DNA of 40,268 bases from Reclinomonas americana ATCC 50394. Its lineage: Eukaryota. The notes beneath the pieces were generated by a model. It saw nothing but the letters and a program-made list of their open reading frames with translations. It did no database searches and had not been told where the DNA came from. The translations under genes and the position numbers were made by a program. This document shows, in pieces, positions 34,065 to 40,268 of the stretch; position 1 is the stretch's first letter, and every line of letters starts with the position of its first letter. Location of the stretch: assembly GCA_048213135.1 (NCBI GenBank), contig PS015129.1, forward strand, positions 79,369 through 119,636, read 5' to 3'.

Positions 34065-35663
34065 ATGAAACGACGAGGACGAGGTGGTGGCGGTGGTGGT
34101 GGCGATGGTGCGAGTGACCGGAAACGTCGCAAGCGACACTATGTCGTGGGCAAGCCGCGCAACAAGGTCATGCAAAACAACAAGCACACGAAACGAGCAC
34201 ACACAGACATGCACTCACACGAATGCAACAGATTCTGCACGCAGGCAGCAGTGGCTTGCTGTGCACCTTTGTGGAGGGCAAGCGCGGACTGGCGCTGCGC
34301 GAAGTTCTCGGCCTCCTGGAGGATGTTTCGTGCACAATGCGTGAGACTCTCTCTCACTCTTCTTACTCATGCTTCTCTTCTCGCCGCAGTATGGGTTGAA
34401 CGAGATGCAGGCGGCAGAGGGAGCTAGCAAAGTGGGTGCAGTGGGAGCGAGCTCCATACCCGCCGTCCACGATGATGATGATGATGATGAGGAGGAGGAG
34501 GAGGATTTCATGAAGGGGACAAGCACTGCAGCCGCGCTCGAAAGCGAGCTGGTGCAGCTGCGAAAGTGCGTGCTGAAGGGCGCAGGTAGTGTGTTTTCTC
34601 GAGCTGCTTTTGCTTAGCTTGTGTGCAGATCGGGCTTGAGTGGCTCCGATGTGTTTGCCGTGGCCGACGTGCGCAGCGTCAAGGGCCACTTCTTTCTGGA
34701 GCTGCAGACGGCGAACAAGGCCGTGGTGACGTCGACTGCTGCTTCGTCGTCCATGGCAGAGGCGACTGAGGATCGTGTCGACGACAAGGAGGAGGACTCG
34801 GATGCCGACATTGAGGTGGCGGCGCAGAAAGAGCGACTGCGTGCCATGCCACCCATTGATGTCGTGGAGTTGGCAGAGAAGGTGTTTGGCAAGTTGATTC
34901 AGGAGAGCATTGTGCGAACGAGGTAAGCGAGCGCGGTTGCGATGCACCGACAGCGACGACGACCAACATGAGAACGCGTCGCAGATTTGTGTTCCGCTGC
35001 ATCCCGATTCAGATCACCTGCCGCGCCACAGTGGAGAAGATCTGCGAGGTGCTGAAGCCGATGCTGGATGCGACCTTTCCCCGCCCGGCGTTCTGCCCGT
35101 TGCGAGTTGCGTCGTCGTCTGCGTGATCGCCACCTCGGGTGTCTTGCTGAAAAAATCGCCGCGCAGTACGGAGCCGAAATCAAGGTCCGCTGCAACTCGA
35201 GCGTCTCCTCCTCGTCACTGCTGCGTGCCATCACGCAACTCATTCCGCCGGTGCACTTGCTTGTTCTGCGCGAGGCGCCCATCACTGTCGTGTGCCACAT
35301 CGAAGGGGTGCGTTCCGCCCCTCTGCTGCCAGCACATGGACCTGCATCATGCTCACTTGCCAGCTTGCAGACTGTGGCATGTCTCTCGGTGCTGCGCAAC
35401 TTCCAAAAGTACCGATGCTTCAACTTCAACGCCATTGGGTGAGTTGCACACAGAGTTGACTTGGCAAGCACTGTGCTCATCATCAACGTCGCAGCGATCG
35501 GTCGGCACCATCGGCGGGCACGTCAGCGACAACAACGTCCACAGCCGCCGCCGCTGCTGCCGCTGGCGATGGAGAAGATGATGAGGAGGACGATGATGCA
35601 GAGGAAGACGAGGACGAGGAAGAAGAAGATGAGGATGAGGATGAGGAAGAAGCTGCGAAGTGA
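34065..35663 (+). CDS. THUMPD1: THUMP-domain protein (THUMPD1/Tan1-like) with an acidic tail
   Basis: Basic N-terminus, ILHAGSSGLLCTFVEGKRGLALREVLGLLEDY, ALESELVQLRK, TRFVFRCIPIQITCRA, YGAEIKVRCNS and ACLSVLRNFQKYRCFN. Confidence 0.82.
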
Positions 35664-35728
35664 ATAGCGCTGCGCCGTCCCACCAAGTTCGAGGAGAGAG
35701 AAGAGAGACAAGGGGGAAGGATTAAGGA

Positions 35729-37548
35729 ATGGATATGTTGTCAATGGTGCAGCGCCTCGGCCTGCCGAGTGTGACTTCGTTGAATGTGCAACGCAAGGCC
35801 ACCGAGCTCTCCAACTTGGCCACCATTCGCTCCCCTCGCGGACTCGGAGATGTTGCGTGAATGCGAGAGAGAAGGCAGAGAGGAAAGGAGAGGCTCTCAC
35901 TCAACACACATTACAGGGTCAAGTGTGTCTACCTGCAGTGTGCCTCGAGTTGGCCTGTCAAATGTACGCCTCTCATCTCTCACTCACTCATCGTGCATTG
36001 ACTGATTGCATCTCTCTCCCTCTCCCTCTTCCCCTCTTTCACCCTCAGTCACAACATTCCCATTGACCGCGCGGCCTTGATTCGCATGAGTGGCGCACCA
36101 AGTCGCAAGGTCTACGAAGTCACCTGCAAGCAAGCGCAAGGACTGCTGGGCGTCAAGTTCCGTTGCTTCTTCCATCGTGCTTCCGCACGTGATGGCTCAC
36201 TGCGTGCACTGCCCACAGCATCAAGGTCACCATGGAGGAGCTGTCGCGCAAGTTCCAGGCCCCAGAGGTGGCCACACTGGCCGATCGCCTGCTGGAGACG
36301 TTGAGTTGTTCGAAGAGGAGAGTGCGTGTTTGAGTGTGTCTGAGGCGGCGTGACTGGTGCAGGTTCAAGGTTCGCTATCGGAGTCGTCTGGCGACGACCG
36401 CCAAGCGAGAGGCTGCCGACTTTGCGCGATCGGTGTTTGTTGCGGCAGCGTGGCTGGTGGCCTCGCGGCATGTGTCGACGGGGAGTGCGATCAAGCGTGC
36501 CGACGTGGTGCAGCTGGCTTCGTGCGAGTCGCGCGAGTTGGAGCAGACCGAGGTGGCGATCGAGGAGCTGTGCGCGGATCTGCTGAACACGGATCCGACG
36601 GCGACCACCACCACCTCGGTGACGAGCAGCAGCCGACCGACTCCCAAGTCGGCGACTGCTGCTGCTGCCAGTAGTGGCAAGAGAGGCGGCTCGGCTGGCA
36701 AAGGCAAGCGTGGGAGTCGGAAGGCGCTTCGCCTCGACGGTGAGGAAGACGACGACAATGGCGATGACGACGCCGATGGTGATGACGGGGAAGTGACCAT
36801 GCGTTCACCGCCCGCCACCACACCACGCGGCGGTAAATCCGGCAAGCGTGGCGGTTCCACGCGGCGCAAGCCGGTGGCGTCAGAGTTGCTGGAGCAGTTG
36901 CCCGACGACCCGTCTGCGCCGCCGAAGCGCCAGACCCCGGCCACTGCATCCCGCAAGCGCTCTGGCAAGCGTGTCACGCGACTGGCTGCCGGAGTGCTGC
37001 CTCGTCGTCTGTACCGCGACGATAGCGACGCGGATTCCTCCTCTGGCGGCTCCTCGTCATCCTCGTCGTCGTCCACCGATGACTCGGACAGCGACGAGTC
37101 AGACGCGGATGCTGCTGCTGGTTCCCGCCCTCCCCACAAGAGACGCCGCCTCTTGCCGTACGCCGTGCTCCCTCCGCCACCGATGCTGCCTCCGGTGCCG
37201 GTCCTCAACTTGCCAACCGTAGCACCACTGCCACCACCACCGCCGCCGCCACCGCCACCGCCACCACCAACTGCGGGTCGTGGAGGCAAGAGGGGACGCC
37301 CCGCGGCGGCGGCGTCATCAGCACGACGACCTGCACCACCGCCACCACCACCGCCGCCACCGCCAGCACCGCCCATGCTGCTGCCCAAGTCCGGTTCCGA
37401 CGCCGGAGTGACCACGTATCACGCCTTTTCGTGGACTGCCAACGAACGGCGCAGGTACACGAAGAAGGAGTACGCAGCTTGGCGATCGCGCTTCGTCGCC
37501 ATGGTCAACGCATTCGCGCCGCGCATGCCAGAGGTGGCCACCAAGTGA
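35729..37548 (+). CDS. ORC6: Origin recognition complex subunit 6 with a long low-complexity insertion
   Basis: MDMLSMVQRLGL...RKATEL, GQVCLPAVCLELACQ, IDRAALIRMSG, FKVRYRSRL...ADFARSVFVAAAW and the terminal helix EYAAWRSRF resemble plant-type ORC6. Confidence 0.85.
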
Positions 37549-37758
37549 AGTATATGTTCGACGTTGAAATGATTGTGGTATTCATCGACATCGCTCGCAC
37601 AGCAGCAGCAGCGAAATGTCTGTCTGCTTCTACGCTCTATAGTAGATGTGCCGTGGCAGAATACGTGCACACTGGCGAGAACGTCGTCGACGTCGCGAGG
37701 AAAAAAACAACCGTTACGACGTCGAGCTCCGAAACGTTGCATTCGTTGTACAAAATCA

Positions 37759-39911
37759 ATGGCCGACAGTGAGCGGAAAGCCAGAGGGCCTCGTTCAGCA
37801 CTCTCACAGAGCGTCGATGCGGGTGTGCGTGCAGCACAGACTCGCTCAGCTGCACTGCTCCCACCGGTGCCATTCACGCCCACGGGCAAGCTGATTGACA
37901 TTTCGCACACGGGCCAGTGGCAGATGATTACTGACTCGAGTTGCGTGAAGAGAAGGATGAGGAGAACGAGGAGGAGCTTTGTGTGTTTGTGAGAGGAGAG
38001 AGTGAGATCGGTGTGAGCAAAGGAGAGGCGACGAAAACGAATGTCAGAGACGACTTGGTATCGTGCGCGCACACACACACCTGCACGTGCACGTCGAGAG
38101 GAACACCCTCCTGTCGCCCGTGACACCCTGTGAGCGATCGCACTCACTCGCTTCCTCTTGTCAGATCTGTTGTCGCCGGAGCCGTCGCACCGATCGCTCT
38201 CCAGCAGTCGACGAGGCGACGGATCGCCTTCGTTTGTGTCGTTCCGCGGACCCGACGATGCGCTGCTGTCACTGTCGTTTGGCGACACGGGCACTCCTCG
38301 ATTTGCCACGCGTGATTTGCGCGTTGCCGAGGACATTCTGGGATCCACCGACCCGTGGACCGAGGAAGACGACGGCGGCCGTGAATCGTCCAAGATGGTG
38401 AGCGCGTGATAGTAGGCGAGATGCCGATCGTAGAATCGCGCTCATCGCTTCCCCTGCTGCCTCGCAGTTCGACAGCAACACCAAGCCCGGTCGCCTGCTT
38501 CTCGACACGCCGCCCGGCTCCAACGACGACAGCAGTGGCACATCGGATCTGTCGTGCTCGACGGCCTCGTTTGATGGTCAAGAACCGTTGCCGAGCGTAC
38601 GCAATCGCGTGGCTGAGCGCGGAGACGACGAGCTGATTACGATTGTCGGCAAGCCGCCGCGAACACCGACTGGCGCACGACCGACCAATGTGCCGGTGCA
38701 ACCCAAGTGAGTTCTCTCCGTTCCGTTCCGCTCCGCAGTCATCTTTCCTTTCTCTCTCTCACACACACACACACCGCGGTGCAGAGGCATCCCCATGCTC
38801 ATCACGCCAACATCGCCAACGCAATCGCCAGTGCCGCCACTGGTGCTGTCGTCCAAGCCGGTCATCACCCCGCCCAACATGTCCATGGACTGGACGCCGG
38901 TGATCTCGTCGGCTCTGCCGTCGACGCACAGCACCGTGCGTGAGATGGTGCCGGCACATCTGGCACCGTCGCCGATCCAGCACGTCCCGGTCGACGTGAC
39001 AGGCGAACCGGATTCGGAGGCCGATTCCGAGGCTGACGAGTCAGCCACAGAGTCGAGTGTGGTCGACTTTGAGGAGGCGATGCGCAGTGGCCCCGCGCAG
39101 CAGGTGGTGGTCACTGGGTTGACCATGCGCGATGTGATTTTGCTGGCTGGCCCAGCCGCCGATCGTGTGATTTTGCACCGACGCGGCGAGCAGCTGGAGG
39201 TCGAATTGCCGCATGCCGACGGCGACAAGTGTCGCACCACTGTCACCATCGGCCAGGAGCAGGCCGGTGGCGAGCAGGCCGCTCAGATGCAGCTGCAGGC
39301 AGCGGCAGCGGCGGCAGCAGGAGGGTCAGAGGACCACGATGCTGATGCCGAGGAAAGCGACGACATTGATGACGACACGGAGCGCGCACCTGCCTCGGCG
39401 ACACGTGCCGTGCGCTTTGTCGATGAGCAGGTGGCGGTCACCGACTCGGCCTCCCGTCGACGCCGGCAGCAACCGATTGTTGAGAGGCCGCAACAGCAGC
39501 AGCAGCAGCAGCACCAGCAGCCGAGGCGGCAGTCGCCAACCGTGACAAAGGCAACCCAGCATGACGGAGATGGGGAGGAGGAGTCGAGCGTGATGCGCGG
39601 ACAGCGATGTTGCGTTTGGACAGCGTGGGCGATAGAGTGCGGTGGTGGAGGCTTGAGTGACTCACTCTTTGTCTTCTTGTCGCCGCTGCTGCTGCGCAGT
39701 GTTTACGTCGCCGACCACCCGCGCACACAAGGTGGAGCAGGAAGTGGAAGAAGAGTACGTGGTGACCGTGCGACGACGACCACGCCAGCGGTGGACCGCT
39801 GCCGCCATTGTGTGCGCCTTGGTGTGGGCTGTGGTCGTCATAATGCTTGCCCTCGTCTACTATACCATGTCGCGCGAACCGATGTACCTCTCGTCAGGCT
39901 TTGCTGACTGA
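37759..39911 (+). CDS. Hypothetical S/T/P- and acid-rich disordered protein with a single C-terminal transmembrane helix
   Basis: Phase-consistent exons run from MADSERK to ...RRRPRQRWTAAAIVCALVWAVVVIMLALVYYTMSREPMYLSSGFAD*. No family recognised. Confidence 0.65.
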
Positions 39912-40268
39912 TGCGTGAGGTGCTCGTGTGAGTGAGAGTGTCCGTGGTCGTGTTTTCTCTCTCTATTTCTTTCGCTCTGTGTGTGTGTTTCCGTGAATGT
40001 GTGTGTATGTGCAATACTCCCTCGCCGTCTATCTCCTGCTGCAACGACAAGTAGAGGCAGTGAAGGCCAGTGTGCGTGAGGGTACAACGCATCTCATTTT
40101 ATACTTTACAATTCGCGATCGCGTTGACCTGCGGCCTTTCTTGCCGCCGTCCGCAACACCTACACACATTGGGGGGCGACAAAAAGAGTCAGCACACGCG
40201 CAATCGATCTGCGAAGGGTGCCAACACCAGACGCACCGCACTCAGCACAGGATCGCTTCCCCACGCGG

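Noticed and set aside
36375-37415. 346-aa Gly-rich minus-strand ORF (and similar antisense ORFs at 25730-26620 and 37419-38393)
   Set aside because: Shadow ORFs of GC-rich coding exons on the opposite strand.
1-40268. Alternative genetic code, tRNA/rRNA genes or an intact transposon
   Set aside because: All gene models read through in the standard code and use TAA, TAG and TGA as stops. No structural RNA, transposase or reverse transcriptase was recognised by eye.

Overview
Gene-dense, intron-rich genomic DNA of a GC-rich microbial eukaryote. It is a draft scaffold with six N-gaps, mostly flanked by (GA)n/(TC)n microsatellites. The supplied ORF track is largely uninformative, so I rebuilt genes by hand using GT-AG introns. 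In order: 3' end of a coiled-coil gene; a WD40-paralog tail; 3' end of a helical-repeat-like gene (-); TTC1-like TPR protein (partial); SPATA20/YyaL; a bacterial-type (GSI-beta) glutamine synthetase whose first two exons, with an organellar presequence, lie on an apparently inverted contig; a 67-aa Gly-rich microprotein; two divergent Rh ammonium transporters; two tandem paralogs with the architecture UBA-like / coiled coil / ubiquitin-like / peptidase-S74 (ICA autocleavage) / coiled coil; an intronless WD40 gene; exportin-T; THUMPD1; ORC6; and a tail-anchored disordered protein. The best candidate for a new system is the UBL-S74 pair, in which the autocatalytic Ser sits at ubiquitin's Gly76 position, predicting self-release of a UBA...UBL protein ending in -RIAG or -RIRG. 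Also notable: a 3-nt microexon conserved in both Rh paralogs and about 30 atypical GTTGCG splice donors. All gene models are manual and lack transcript evidence, and the organism cannot be identified from this window.
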